Positions 7,364-16,023 of a DNA stretch of 34,145 bases are shown here, one piece after another. The notes beneath the pieces are model-generated. The model did not search any database. It had not been told where the DNA came from and saw only the letters and a program-made list of their open reading frames with translations. The position numbers and the translations under genes are program-made. Positions within the stretch are counted from its first letter, which is position 1; each line of letters begins with the position of its first letter. The stretch covers positions 1 to 34,145 of the forward strand of contig JBHIAT010000017.1 in NCBI GenBank assembly GCA_046758705.1, in the 5' to 3' direction. This DNA comes from Candidatus Bipolaricaulia bacterium (GTDB lineage Bacteria > Bipolaricaulota > Bipolaricaulia > JBHIAT01).

Positions 7364-9201
7364 AGCGGTTGCGAAAGTACCTCGTTATACTGCTGATCGT
7401 CGGGGCAGGCCTGACCAGCATCACCGCTGACGCGCTCGCGGGGTTCCGAATCGAGAGGTTCCACAGCGAAATTGCGATTGACGAGGACAGCTCGTTCACC
7501 GTGATCGAAGAGATCACCGTGGTATTCGATGCTCAGCATCACGGAATCTTCCGTGACATCCCGTTCCGTTACCGACGTGACACCGGAGAGAACTTTTCGG
7601 TGCGGATGGAAGTGCTCGAGGTCACCGATGAGCGGGGGAGGCCACGGCCGTACAAGGTGAGTCGAGTCGGCTCTAACAAACGGATTCGGATCGGGGATCC
7701 CAACGTCACCGTCACCGGCCGGCAGAGTTATGTAATCTACTACCGGGTTGCCCGCGCCCTCAACTACTTCGATTTCCACGATGAGTTCTACTGGAACGTC
7801 ACCGGCACCGGATGGCCTGTCCCAATCGGCCGAGCGTCGGCGATCATCACCTTCCCCAAGTCAGTTGAGGCGGTGCAGCTCAGGTGCTTCGCCGGAGCAT
7901 TCCAAAGTACAAGTGAGGCTTGTACGAAACGGATCATAGACGATCGCACGGTCGCCTTTGGGACGGCCGACCTTGGCTTTAACGAGGGGTTGACGATCGT
8001 CGTCGGGTTCGACAAGGGCGTCGTTACCCCACCGTCGTGGACCCAGGAGGCGGCGTGGTTCATCTCCGACAACTGGTATGTAGGGATCCCGCTCCTGACG
8101 TTTCTCGTCCTCCTCGGGCTTTGGTATCGGGAAGGCAAGGACCCGGAGCGTGGCACGATCGCCCCGCAGTTCCACCCACCGGCGGGCTTGACGCCAGCGG
8201 AGGTCGGCGTCATCGTCGATGAGCATGCAAACCTGCACGACATCTCGGCAACGATCATCGACCTGGCGATCAAAGGCTATCTGAAGATTAAGGAGATCCG
8301 GGACGACGATGAGGAGGATGGGGAAAGTGCCTGGGACCCATTGGAGCAGGAGATCGAGAGCAGCTCCCTGGGAGACAGGGAAAAGCGGGTACTGAAGTCG
8401 GTCGTCGGGGCGCGGATCAAGCGGCTCTTTAACCTGACGGCACCGATCGATTATCGGTTCGAAAAGCTCGAGGAACCTGGAAAAGACGAGCTCAACGAGT
8501 TCGAGAAGACGATCCTCAACGCGATCTTTGACGGTTCCAAGCGCAAAAAACTCTCGGATCTGAAGAATCAGTTCTACAAGGATCTGGCTCATATCAAAGA
8601 GGAACTCTACCTGACCGTGGTTGGCAAGGGGTACTTCACCAACGATCCCGACCGGGTGCGGAAACGCTACCGGGGCTTAGCGATCCTGGGGATATTCGCG
8701 GGGGTTGCCAGCGGGATCGCGTTCTCCTCGCTCTACCTGGGGGCCACCGTGTTCGTCTCTGGGTTGCTGATCCTGGCGTTCGCCCCGCTGATGCCCAAGA
8801 AAACGATCAGAGGCGGTCGGGCCAACCAGGAGATCCTCGGGCTGAAGGAGTACATCGCTCGAGCCGAGAAGGAGCGGATCGAGTTCCACAACGCTCCGGA
8901 GCGGACACCCGAGGTGTTCGAGCGGTTGCTGCCGTTCGCCATCGCTCTTGAGGTCTCGGATATTTGGGCAGAGCAGTTCAGGGATATCTACACCACTCCT
9001 CCGGACTGGTACGAGGGGCGCTGGGGCGGGTTCAACAGCTACTACTTCTATCGGTCGCTCACCGCGCTTAACTCCGATATGCAGCGGACGTTTGTCTCCT
9101 CGCCGAGCGGGAGTTCGAGCAGCGGCTGGAGCGGCGGCAGCGGGTTCAGCGGTGGATCGGTCGGCGGCGGCTTCGGAGGCGGTGGCGGCGGCAGCTGGTA
9201 G
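7360..9201 (+). CDS. DUF2207 family membrane protein
   Basis: Signal peptide, HGIFRDIP, DEFYWNVTGTGW, PPAGLTPAEVG, LLPFAIAL, C-terminal GGGFGGGGGGSW; usual lemA partner, ATGA overlap. Confidence 0.92.
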   Translation: MKRLRKYLVILLIVGAGLTSITADALAGFRIERFHSEIAIDEDSSFTVIEEITVVFDAQHHGIFRDIPFRYRRDTGENFSVRMEVLEVTDERGRPRPYKVSRVGSNKRIRIGDPNVTVTGRQSYVIYYRVARALNYFDFHDEFYWNVTGTGWPVPIGRASAIITFPKSVEAVQLRCFAGAFQSTSEACTKRIIDDRTVAFGTADLGFNEGLTIVVGFDKGVVTPPSWTQEAAWFISDNWYVGIPLLTFLVLLGLWYREGKDPERGTIAPQFHPPAGLTPAEVGVIVDEHANLHDISATIIDLAIKGYLKIKEIRDDDEEDGESAWDPLEQEIESSSLGDREKRVLKSVVGARIKRLFNLTAPIDYRFEKLEEPGKDELNEFEKTILNAIFDGSKRKKLSDLKNQFYKDLAHIKEELYLTVVGKGYFTNDPDRVRKRYRGLAILGIFAGVASGIAFSSLYLGATVFVSGLLILAFAPLMPKKTIRGGRANQEILGLKEYIARAEKERIEFHNAPERTPEVFERLLPFAIALEVSDIWAEQFRDIYTTPPDWYEGRWGGFNSYYFYRSLTALNSDMQRTFVSSPSGSSSSGWSGGSGFSGGSVGGGFGGGGGGSW

Positions 9202-9287
9202 GAGCAAACTCTTTCCTTTTCCTTGAAGTTGCTTCCAACAGGCCCACGGTATATTCTGAGAAAGATGTCCCCCTGAAGGAGGAAAAA

Positions 9288-10268
9288 ATGGAAAAGCAGG
9301 CTCTGGAGAAACGTATTTTGGGAAAGAGTGGTATCGCTGTGACCAGCATTGGGATTGGCCTGTGGGCCATGGGCGGTAACGAGTGGGGAGCTACCGACGA
9401 CCGGGAATCCCTCAATGCGATTCATGCCGCTTTAGATGCTGGGGTGAACTTCTTCGATACCGCCGACGTCTACGGCGTCGGTCACAGTGAAGAGCTGCTC
9501 GGCCAGGCGATGAAAGGGCGTCGCGACCGGTTTATCGTCGCCACCAAGATCGGCTGGCGGAACTTCGATGAAACGCGCAACCGGACTGCCTACGACACCG
9601 TCGACAAGCTGATTGCCGGTGTGGAGAGCGGTCTGCGTCGCCTAAACACCGACTACGTGGATATCATTCAGAGCCATATCAACTTCCGCGATCCCACCAT
9701 GGAGATCTTTTTGGAAGGTTTTCACAAGCTCCAGCGGGATGGCAAAGTGCGGGCCTACGGGGTCAGCACCAGTGACTTTGAGTACCTGAAGGCGTTCAAT
9801 GCCGACGGCAATTGTGCCACCCTGCAGATCGACTACAGCATCCTTAACCGGACGCCGGAGGCCGATATCTTCCCCTACTGTCAGGAGAACGACATCGGCG
9901 TCATCGTGCGGGGTCCGCTGGCGATGGGCATCCTCGCCGGCAAGTTCGGTCCCGATACGCGGTTTGGCGAAGGTGATTTCCGGCAGCGCTGGCATGACAA
10001 CCCGGAGGAGCACCAGATCTTCCTGGACGATCTGGCCAAGGTGGACAAGTTGCGTCCTCTGGCTCAGAATCGCACGCTGGCCCAACTGGCCCTGCAGTTT
10101 ACGTTGGCCCATCCGGCTGTCACCACGGTAATCCCAGGAGCCAAGACGGACAAACAACTGCAGGAGAACGTGGAGGCGGGACTGATTGCGTCGCTGAACT
10201 CTGGGGAGCTAGCAGAGATCGACACCATCACCCCGCCGAGCGGCGGTCGCAAGATCTGGCCGGCATGA
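9288..10268 (+). CDS. Aldo/keto reductase
   Basis: GVNFFDTADVYGVGHSEELLG, VATK, GKVRAYGVS, PLAMGILAGK, VIPGAK; SD AAGGAGG. Confidence 0.94.
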   Translation: MEKQALEKRILGKSGIAVTSIGIGLWAMGGNEWGATDDRESLNAIHAALDAGVNFFDTADVYGVGHSEELLGQAMKGRRDRFIVATKIGWRNFDETRNRTAYDTVDKLIAGVESGLRRLNTDYVDIIQSHINFRDPTMEIFLEGFHKLQRDGKVRAYGVSTSDFEYLKAFNADGNCATLQIDYSILNRTPEADIFPYCQENDIGVIVRGPLAMGILAGKFGPDTRFGEGDFRQRWHDNPEEHQIFLDDLAKVDKLRPLAQNRTLAQLALQFTLAHPAVTTVIPGAKTDKQLQENVEAGLIASLNSGELAEIDTITPPSGGRKIWPA

Positions 10269-10321
10269 CGATCAAGATTCTTTCACCGACCTGTTTGTAA
10301 GACGGAAGTAACGTTGTAGTA

Positions 10322-10567
10322 CTAACTTAGGGCACTTAGGTCAAAGACAGGGGTCTCTTCCTTCCTCGTCGGCTCTCTTGCTTCTCTAACCACTCGATCC
10401 ATCTCCTCTAGGATCTCTGCACTGAGATATTCTTCTCCGCATTGGTCGCACACTAACGCCTCGACATTCTCAAAGATGTAAAGCCGACCATTATGCCTCT
10501 CCTCATGTGTTATAGTCTTCTTTACCAAAGCCCCTCCGCATAAGGGACATAACCTTCTCTTCCCCAT
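10322..10567 (-). CDS. YgiT-type zinc finger protein (MqsA N-terminal-like, no HTH)
   Basis: CPLCGG...IFENVEALVCDQCGEEYL. Confidence 0.88.
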   Translation of the reverse strand: MGKRRLCPLCGGALVKKTITHEERHNGRLYIFENVEALVCDQCGEEYLSAEILEEMDRVVREAREPTRKEETPVFDLSALS

Positions 10568-10576
10568 TATCCGGGA

Positions 10577-10888
10577 TCACCTCCTCCGCGTCCAAGGATC
10601 GATCCATTCCTCTGGATCCATCCAATGTGCAGTAACGATGTATGCTTCCTCTCCGTCAAAGGAACAGGAGATATAGAGAGGCTCCCCTTCTCTAACAAAA
10701 CCCATGATCAAACACTTAGGATAGGGCTTATCCTGCTGATGCTCTTCCAAAATCTCCCCTTCCATGATGGCCTTCTCTATATCTTCCTTCTCTATGCCTC
10801 TTTCGATCATTCTCTTCCTCGCATGAGCTCTGAGATAGTACTTCTTTGCCCTAACTGCTTTCCTGATATCCTCAAGAGCTATAGACAT
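10577..10888 (-). CDS. DUF4258 family protein (putative RelE-like toxin)
   Basis: HARKRMIERGI...GEILEE...DKPYPKCLIMG...IVTAH...PEEW; lies upstream of a YgiT finger, the usual pairing. Confidence 0.88.
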   Translation of the reverse strand: MSIALEDIRKAVRAKKYYLRAHARKRMIERGIEKEDIEKAIMEGEILEEHQQDKPYPKCLIMGFVREGEPLYISCSFDGEEAYIVTAHWMDPEEWIDPWTRRR

Positions 10889-11079
10889 TTCTCGTCTCAG
10901 GAATAGTATAGTTGCTCAGGGTCATTACCACAACCTGATGTTGTCTGAGGACGACTAACAAAGAGGAGAGGTAAGACCCCCACAGGAGCTGCCGAGGATC
11001 ACTACGACAGCTGTAGTAGCAGCACGTCGCAGGTCGTGGTGAAAGAGATTTGTTTGATAAAAGTATGGAATGCAAGTTA

Positions 11080-14000
11080 TCAGACAGCTGCAGCTGTCCT
11101 CGACCGAAAGAGTTGGATGAACGTATCGCTTACGATATGGTCTTTGGTATCTGCCGCGTATTGTATCAACTGTTCGCGTAACGCCTGGGCATCTTCCAAT
11201 GGCATTAACACTGCCAAAAGGAAATATACTCCGCGGAAACGCAGATCGCTCAAGTATTCTTGCGGCCTGTTATTATCAGGTCCAAGGAACGTCTGTACGA
11301 TAAAGAATTCCCTGATCTTATCGTGCCGAAAATGCCATTCCTTGGTCAGATTCCCCTGTGCATCCAAGGCCTGTCGGATAACGACCATTTTATGTCGCTC
11401 CATGCATTGTAATTCTTTAAGGTATTCCTCCCCGCTCAAGGCTACTTCGTCCTTCAGCCGCATCTGAAATACTTTCTCCGAGAAGGAATCAAGTGGGAAT
11501 TCCTGGTTATTCACACGCTTGTAATCCGCAGCCATGATGTTGTATTGCTGTTCCTGCAGGTGAAAAAGGTCCGGATCTTGCTCGCGAGCCAACATATGCG
11601 CCACCACGGTCAGATCCATAGGGTTAGAAAGAATTCTCTTCGCCGAGGCAAGCGCCTCTTCTGGCTGCTGTTCATTTAACGCCTCAGAGAGATAGCTCAG
11701 GCAGGCCTGCTCGTAATCTGTCCCAGATACTGTGGCATCCTCGGGAAGGCTCTGTTCACGCGTGAGAAGAAAACGTTCAATCTGGTCCTGCGTGAGCGGC
11801 TGCATTATGTAGATTTTCGCTGTAGAGGGTGGCGTCCACTCCAGCGGTTGTGTGACCATGATGATATTTCCCTTAAAGTAACTCTCCACAAACTCAGTCA
11901 CCCTGGCTCGTGTGTCTGCCGTCACTTCGTTCAAACCATCAATGCAGATATCGATTGCCCTACTGTAAATCAGATTTCGGAGGAAATCAGGGTCCCTCGC
12001 CGGACCATGCAGCTTTGCCTGAATGGCTTCAATTACCCCTCTCGAACATTTCTCGGCGGGCAAATAAACCACAATACGCTTCGAGCGTTTCACCAGATGT
12101 CGGAGGAACATGGTTTTTCCAAGCCCCGAGTCCCCTTCGAGGACTATCTGCCCTTTGATCTTAGGGATCACTTCTCTGATAGGTTGGATGCACTCCGATG
12201 TCTTGATCTTAACTTTGGACTCTTCAAAGTAGGCTTGTGGATCGAAGCTTTCCAACGCGGCATCAGATAGTAGAGATTCCTTGAACGGAGCCAACAGCTT
12301 CAAACGCAGGTAGGGAACCCAAGTGAGCGCAAAGCCGACATAGCCAAGCCCAGTAATACGCCGTACCCACCGATTCCAAAAAAAGATAGCCTGGATCTGT
12401 GAGGATTTCGGGTAGATAAAGGTTAATAACAGCCAGAAAAGAGCGTGAGCAGGCCAAATTTTAAGCGCAATTTTACTTATGTCAGAGAACCATCGCTTTC
12501 TTTCGAGGGAAGAGATTGTGTTTTGAACGGGGACAGCATAGATAGACCCTGAAGATTTCAAATTGGACGCATGGCGCCGAAGAAGGGGAAGATCATCACG
12601 TTTCCACGTCACTGTACTGGCCACTATAGCTATCTGTTTTTCCAAGTCGTCATGCAATCTGGGAAGAGAGGTGCTTGCTTCCCAAGCTTTTTCAAAAACT
12701 TTCAAGTTATTGACGCCATCATCGTGCATGATGGTGTCTGGATAATTTTCTGGAATTCCAAGCCATTTAATGAGAATCTCCGCTCCTTCTTTGCCACCAC
12801 CCAAGAAATGGGCAAGGAATCGAAGCTCACCGACCCGCGATATATTCCCGTATACTGGACTCAAAATGTGAAGAATGCTTTTCAAATCCAATGGTCCCAT
12901 CGCAGTCAGCGCATCGATAACAGTAGTATCATAAACCGAAGATCCAAAGCCCCAAAATGTAGGTCGAAAGTCCGTAGGTCGAAAGTCCGAAAATACAGGT
13001 TCCATGGGAAAGGTGCTTGTAATTGTAACATCATTCAACAGATTCGCAATCCTTGGGGCTTGATCCTTGGCGATCTCTCCTATGATCCCCAGCGCTTGGG
13101 CAGCGGTAGCACGCACAAACCCATTTGGATCATTCAACAGGTTCGCGATCTTGGGGACCTGATCCTTGGCGGCCTCTCCCATGGTCCCCAATGCCTTGAC
13201 AGCGGCAGCGCGCACAGACGCATCCGGATCATTCAACAGGTTCGCGATCTTGGGGACCTGATCCTTGGCGGCCTCTCCTATGGCTCCCAACGCCTGGGCA
13301 GCGATAGCACGCACAGACGCATTTGGATCATTCAGCAGGTTCGCGATCTTGGGGACCTGATCCTCGGCGGCCTCTCCCATGATCCCCAACGCCTCTACAG
13401 CAGCAGCACGGACACCCCTAGCCGGGTCATTCAACAGGTCCACAAGCATTGGGGCTTGATCCTTGGCGGCCTCTCCCATGGCCCCCAGCACCCGAGTAGC
13501 AACAGCACGGACATCCTCATTCGAGTCATCTAACAGGTTCGCGATCTTGGGAGCCTGATCCTTGGCGGCCTCTCCCATGACCCCCAACGCCTTGACAGCG
13601 GCAGCACGGACATCTTCATTCGGGTCATCCAACAGATTCGCGATCTTGGGGACCTGATCCTCGGTGGCTGCTCCTATGGCTCCCAACGCCTTGACAGCGG
13701 CAGCACGGACATCCTCATCCGGGTCTTTTAACAGGTTCACAAGCTTGGGGGCCTGATCCTTGGCGGCCTCTCCTATAGCTCCCAATGCCTGGGCAGCGGT
13801 AGCACGCACATCCTCATCCGGGTCATCCAACAGGTTCGCGATCTTTAGGATCTGATCTTTGGTGACATCTCCCATGATCCCTAACGCTTCTACAGCGGCA
13901 GCACGGACATCCCTAGCTGGATCATCCAACAGATTCACAAGCTCTGGGACCTGATCCTTGATGGCCTCTCCCATGGCTCCCAATGCCTTGGCAGCGGCAG

Positions 14001-14667
14001 CACGCACAGACGCATTTGGATCATTCAACAGGTTCGCGATTTTGGGGACCTGGTCCTTGGCGGCCTCTCCCATGGCCCCTAGCGCTTCAGCAACGGCAGC
14101 ACGCACAGACGCATTTGGGTCATTTAACAGGTTCGCGATCTTGGGGACCTGATCCTTGGCGGCCTCTCCCATGGCTCCTAACGCCTTGGCAGCGGCAGCA
14201 CGCATAGACACATCCTCATTTAAGTCATTCAACAGGTCCACAAGCATTGGGGCTTGATCCTTGGCGGCCTCTCCCATGGCCCTCAACGCCTCGGCAGCGA
14301 CGAAACGGACAAGCCCAGGCTCATCCGGATCTTTCAATAGGTCCACAAGCATTGGGGCCTGATTCTTAGCAACCTCTCCCATGGCCCCCAGTGCCCTGAT
14401 AGCCGTAACACGAACATCCACATCCGGTATTTCTAGCATGTCGACAATTCTTTTTATGGGGATTGTGCCGAGAGATTTAAACTCCCTCAATTTATCCAAC
14501 GCCTTAGCTTGTACTTCGGGATTTGAATCCTCAAAAGCGGCCAAAGCACCATTGATTTTCCACGTTTCCGCCTCTGGTTTGGGCTCTGCGGTGTTGCCGA
14601 AGAGTGGGAAGAAAAGCACTGTCAAAAGAAAAGCGAGCAGCCAGTTAAATTTGGAATGCTTGGTCAT
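11080..14667 (-). CDS. Signal peptide + HEAT repeats + transmembrane segment + C-terminal NACHT/STAND-type NTPase (~1195 aa)
   Basis: Start reassigned to ATG 14667 (MTKHSKFNWLLAFLLTVLFFPLFGNTA, signal-like), which removes the overlap with the nuclease gene. About 14 HEAT repeats; TM IWPAHALFWLLLTFIYP; Walker A GDSGLGKT; Walker B ICIDGLNE; NPMDL; winged-helix motif FRHDKIREFF. Confidence 0.85.
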   Translation of the reverse strand: MTKHSKFNWLLAFLLTVLFFPLFGNTAEPKPEAETWKINGALAAFEDSNPEVQAKALDKLREFKSLGTIPIKRIVDMLEIPDVDVRVTAIRALGAMGEVAKNQAPMLVDLLKDPDEPGLVRFVAAEALRAMGEAAKDQAPMLVDLLNDLNEDVSMRAAAAKALGAMGEAAKDQVPKIANLLNDPNASVRAAVAEALGAMGEAAKDQVPKIANLLNDPNASVRAAAAKALGAMGEAIKDQVPELVNLLDDPARDVRAAAVEALGIMGDVTKDQILKIANLLDDPDEDVRATAAQALGAIGEAAKDQAPKLVNLLKDPDEDVRAAAVKALGAIGAATEDQVPKIANLLDDPNEDVRAAAVKALGVMGEAAKDQAPKIANLLDDSNEDVRAVATRVLGAMGEAAKDQAPMLVDLLNDPARGVRAAAVEALGIMGEAAEDQVPKIANLLNDPNASVRAIAAQALGAIGEAAKDQVPKIANLLNDPDASVRAAAVKALGTMGEAAKDQVPKIANLLNDPNGFVRATAAQALGIIGEIAKDQAPRIANLLNDVTITSTFPMEPVFSDFRPTDFRPTFWGFGSSVYDTTVIDALTAMGPLDLKSILHILSPVYGNISRVGELRFLAHFLGGGKEGAEILIKWLGIPENYPDTIMHDDGVNNLKVFEKAWEASTSLPRLHDDLEKQIAIVASTVTWKRDDLPLLRRHASNLKSSGSIYAVPVQNTISSLERKRWFSDISKIALKIWPAHALFWLLLTFIYPKSSQIQAIFFWNRWVRRITGLGYVGFALTWVPYLRLKLLAPFKESLLSDAALESFDPQAYFEESKVKIKTSECIQPIREVIPKIKGQIVLEGDSGLGKTMFLRHLVKRSKRIVVYLPAEKCSRGVIEAIQAKLHGPARDPDFLRNLIYSRAIDICIDGLNEVTADTRARVTEFVESYFKGNIIMVTQPLEWTPPSTAKIYIMQPLTQDQIERFLLTREQSLPEDATVSGTDYEQACLSYLSEALNEQQPEEALASAKRILSNPMDLTVVAHMLAREQDPDLFHLQEQQYNIMAADYKRVNNQEFPLDSFSEKVFQMRLKDEVALSGEEYLKELQCMERHKMVVIRQALDAQGNLTKEWHFRHDKIREFFIVQTFLGPDNNRPQEYLSDLRFRGVYFLLAVLMPLEDAQALREQLIQYAADTKDHIVSDTFIQLFRSRTAAAV
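12959..12988. repeat. Perfect 15-bp tandem duplication GTAGGTCGAAAGTCC x2
   Basis: Read directly; encodes DFRPT-DFRPT in frame. Confidence 0.9.
13030..14430 (-). repeat. Coding tandem array of ~14 units of 99 bp (33-aa HEAT repeats); boundaries approximate
   Basis: Recurrent GATCCTTGGCGGCCTCTCCCATGG and CAGGTTCGCGATCTTGGGGACCTG; consensus QVPKIANLLNDPNASVRAAAAKALGAMGEAAKD. Confidence 0.93.
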
Positions 14668-14740
14668 GTTCTTCGACTCTGCATGGGTTTGATAGATGCG
14701 CCAGTGACCACGATCCGATTTCTGCAGTGGTGATTCTGTA

Positions 14741-15706
14741 TTATTCAATGTTGTCTTCTTTGGAGTTGGCAGACTGTTCGATTTCAGAAGTGCTGGCTTT
14801 TGTTCGTACGGACACAAACTGCGTTCCAGATTGGGGATATTGATGAAGTTCAAGAGCAAATGTCTTACCCATGTGCTTAAACTCAAACTCAGCACTTTGA
14901 GCCACGATCTTGTTGTCATCCCGATAGACCCGCACGGTGGTTACAGGTTTCTTCTCGACTTCGATCCATAGCTCAGTGTACACTTCGATATATGCAATAT
15001 CTACGGCTCCAGATGTAGTTATCAATTGGAAGCAATCTTGCTCATTTGTAAAATCCAAATGAATAAGCCGTTTAACTTTGGAACCATTTGGCAAAACGTT
15101 GGAGTATAGTTTTTCGCGAGGAGCACATGCCCAGATGTCCATAAAGGATGCTGAGGTTCCATCCTTCTTTCTTCGAAAAATTGGCGCATTGATATCAAAA
15201 GATGGTTTGACCTTGGTAAGCACTTCGGGCGGAAGTTCAACTTTGACACTGTCTGGAAGTGGAAGATTAACTGATATGCGATCGAAATTTGCAGAATGTT
15301 TAAAATATGTTATTTTATTGCAAGTGAACCAGAGCACGATTTCATCAGGATCAACTTCTTCCAAAGTTCGTAGCTCAATGTTATTAGTAATCGCTATATT
15401 CCTCGCGCCAGACGTAAATCCTGTCGAGGACACAGCTACAGCTTTGTCTGCTTCAACATCTCTGCATTTCGATGCGAGCTGCTCTATCCAAGTTACATCT
15501 TCGGTTCCCTGGCGATCTCGACTCTCAATGATTACCAGGATCTCAGAGGAGCCTATCTGACTTCGAAGGGAGATGTCAACTTCCCGCCTCGATTTGGATT
15601 CTCTTCCTTGAATGTAGTCAGGTGAAGTGACCTGTATACCCTCTGGGCCCAGATGCTCTTCAAGCAGGGCGATCAATCTCTCTAGATCTCGACCTTTTCT
15701 TGTCAT
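14741..15706 (-). CDS. Mrr_cat-like PD-(D/E)xK restriction endonuclease domain plus uncharacterised ~200-aa C-terminal region
   Basis: KGRDLE, RREVDI, IIESRD, DVTWIEQL, AVAVSSTGFTSGA...NNIELR; SD AAGGAG. Confidence 0.82.
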   Translation of the reverse strand: MTRKGRDLERLIALLEEHLGPEGIQVTSPDYIQGRESKSRREVDISLRSQIGSSEILVIIESRDRQGTEDVTWIEQLASKCRDVEADKAVAVSSTGFTSGARNIAITNNIELRTLEEVDPDEIVLWFTCNKITYFKHSANFDRISVNLPLPDSVKVELPPEVLTKVKPSFDINAPIFRRKKDGTSASFMDIWACAPREKLYSNVLPNGSKVKRLIHLDFTNEQDCFQLITTSGAVDIAYIEVYTELWIEVEKKPVTTVRVYRDDNKIVAQSAEFEFKHMGKTFALELHQYPQSGTQFVSVRTKASTSEIEQSANSKEDNIE

Positions 15707-15736
15707 AAATCACATTCTCCTTCACGCTGGTCAAAA

Positions 15737-15892
15737 ACGATATAATATAACTCCCACATAGACGGATCTGTGAAGTTCATCTAACGATTAATGTCATTTC
15801 GTCACTACAATGTCAATATAGCATATTTACTGAGGAGGGTCAAGGCTCGCCCGTTCTCATAACTTTTAGTGGATATCGGGGAGTTATATCGT
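15737..15892. repeat. Inverted repeat pair (ATATAACTCCC 15745-15755 / GGGAGTTATAT 15879-15889) enclosing a promoter
   Basis: 11-bp perfect IR, extendable to TATnnGGGAGTTATAT and, allowing a 5-bp ATATA duplication in the left copy, to ACGATATAACTCCC. Confidence 0.7.
15815..15843 (-). promoter_or_regulatory. Sigma70-type promoter facing the nuclease-HEAT/NACHT genes
   Basis: TTGACC-17 bp-TATATT with extended -10 (TGc); a second TTGACA overlaps the -10. Confidence 0.65.
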
Positions 15893-15979
15893 GCTATAGA
15901 GACATGCATCCAACGATCGACCTATATCTGGAAGATGGAAATGGAAGTGAAGCTCTGCCGAGCAGTAGATCCTTCCTAA

Positions 15980-16023
15980 AGGTCATGGTCGGGGCGACCC
16001 CGTGGGTCGCCCCTCTATGACCT
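15980..16023 (-). terminator. GC-rich hairpin; terminator of the trk-oxidoreductase operon and/or REP-like element
   Basis: GGGGCGACCC-CGT-GGGTCGCCCC with outer AGGTCAT/ATGACCT arms, just after the stop at 16032. The minus strand has GTAG at the 5' foot and only a short T run. Confidence 0.6.

Noticed and set aside
10890-11079. attC site or 67-aa ORF between the HEAT/NACHT and DUF4258 genes
   Set aside because: AACAAA...TTTGTTAG is present but without complementary L boxes; the ORF has no SD or recognisable motif.
11083-11098. Perfect 16-bp palindrome GACAGCTGCAGCTGTC
   Set aside because: It lies in the last codons (TAAAV) of the gene, has no loop or U tract, and no function can be supported.
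12571-13533. 320-aa repetitive plus-strand ORF
   Set aside because: Antisense shadow of the HEAT array; repeated stop-free units explain its length.
13030-14430. Possible CRISPR array
   Set aside because: The units are in-frame coding repeats with degenerate copies and no unique spacers; no cas genes are present.
14668-14919. 84-aa N-terminal extension of the 1279-aa ORF
   Set aside because: It overlaps the nuclease gene by about 180 nt; ATG 14667 gives a clean signal-peptide start.
15905-16020. Short plus-strand ORF MHPTIDLYLEDG...
   Set aside because: About 38 codons, no SD or family motif, and it runs through the hairpin.
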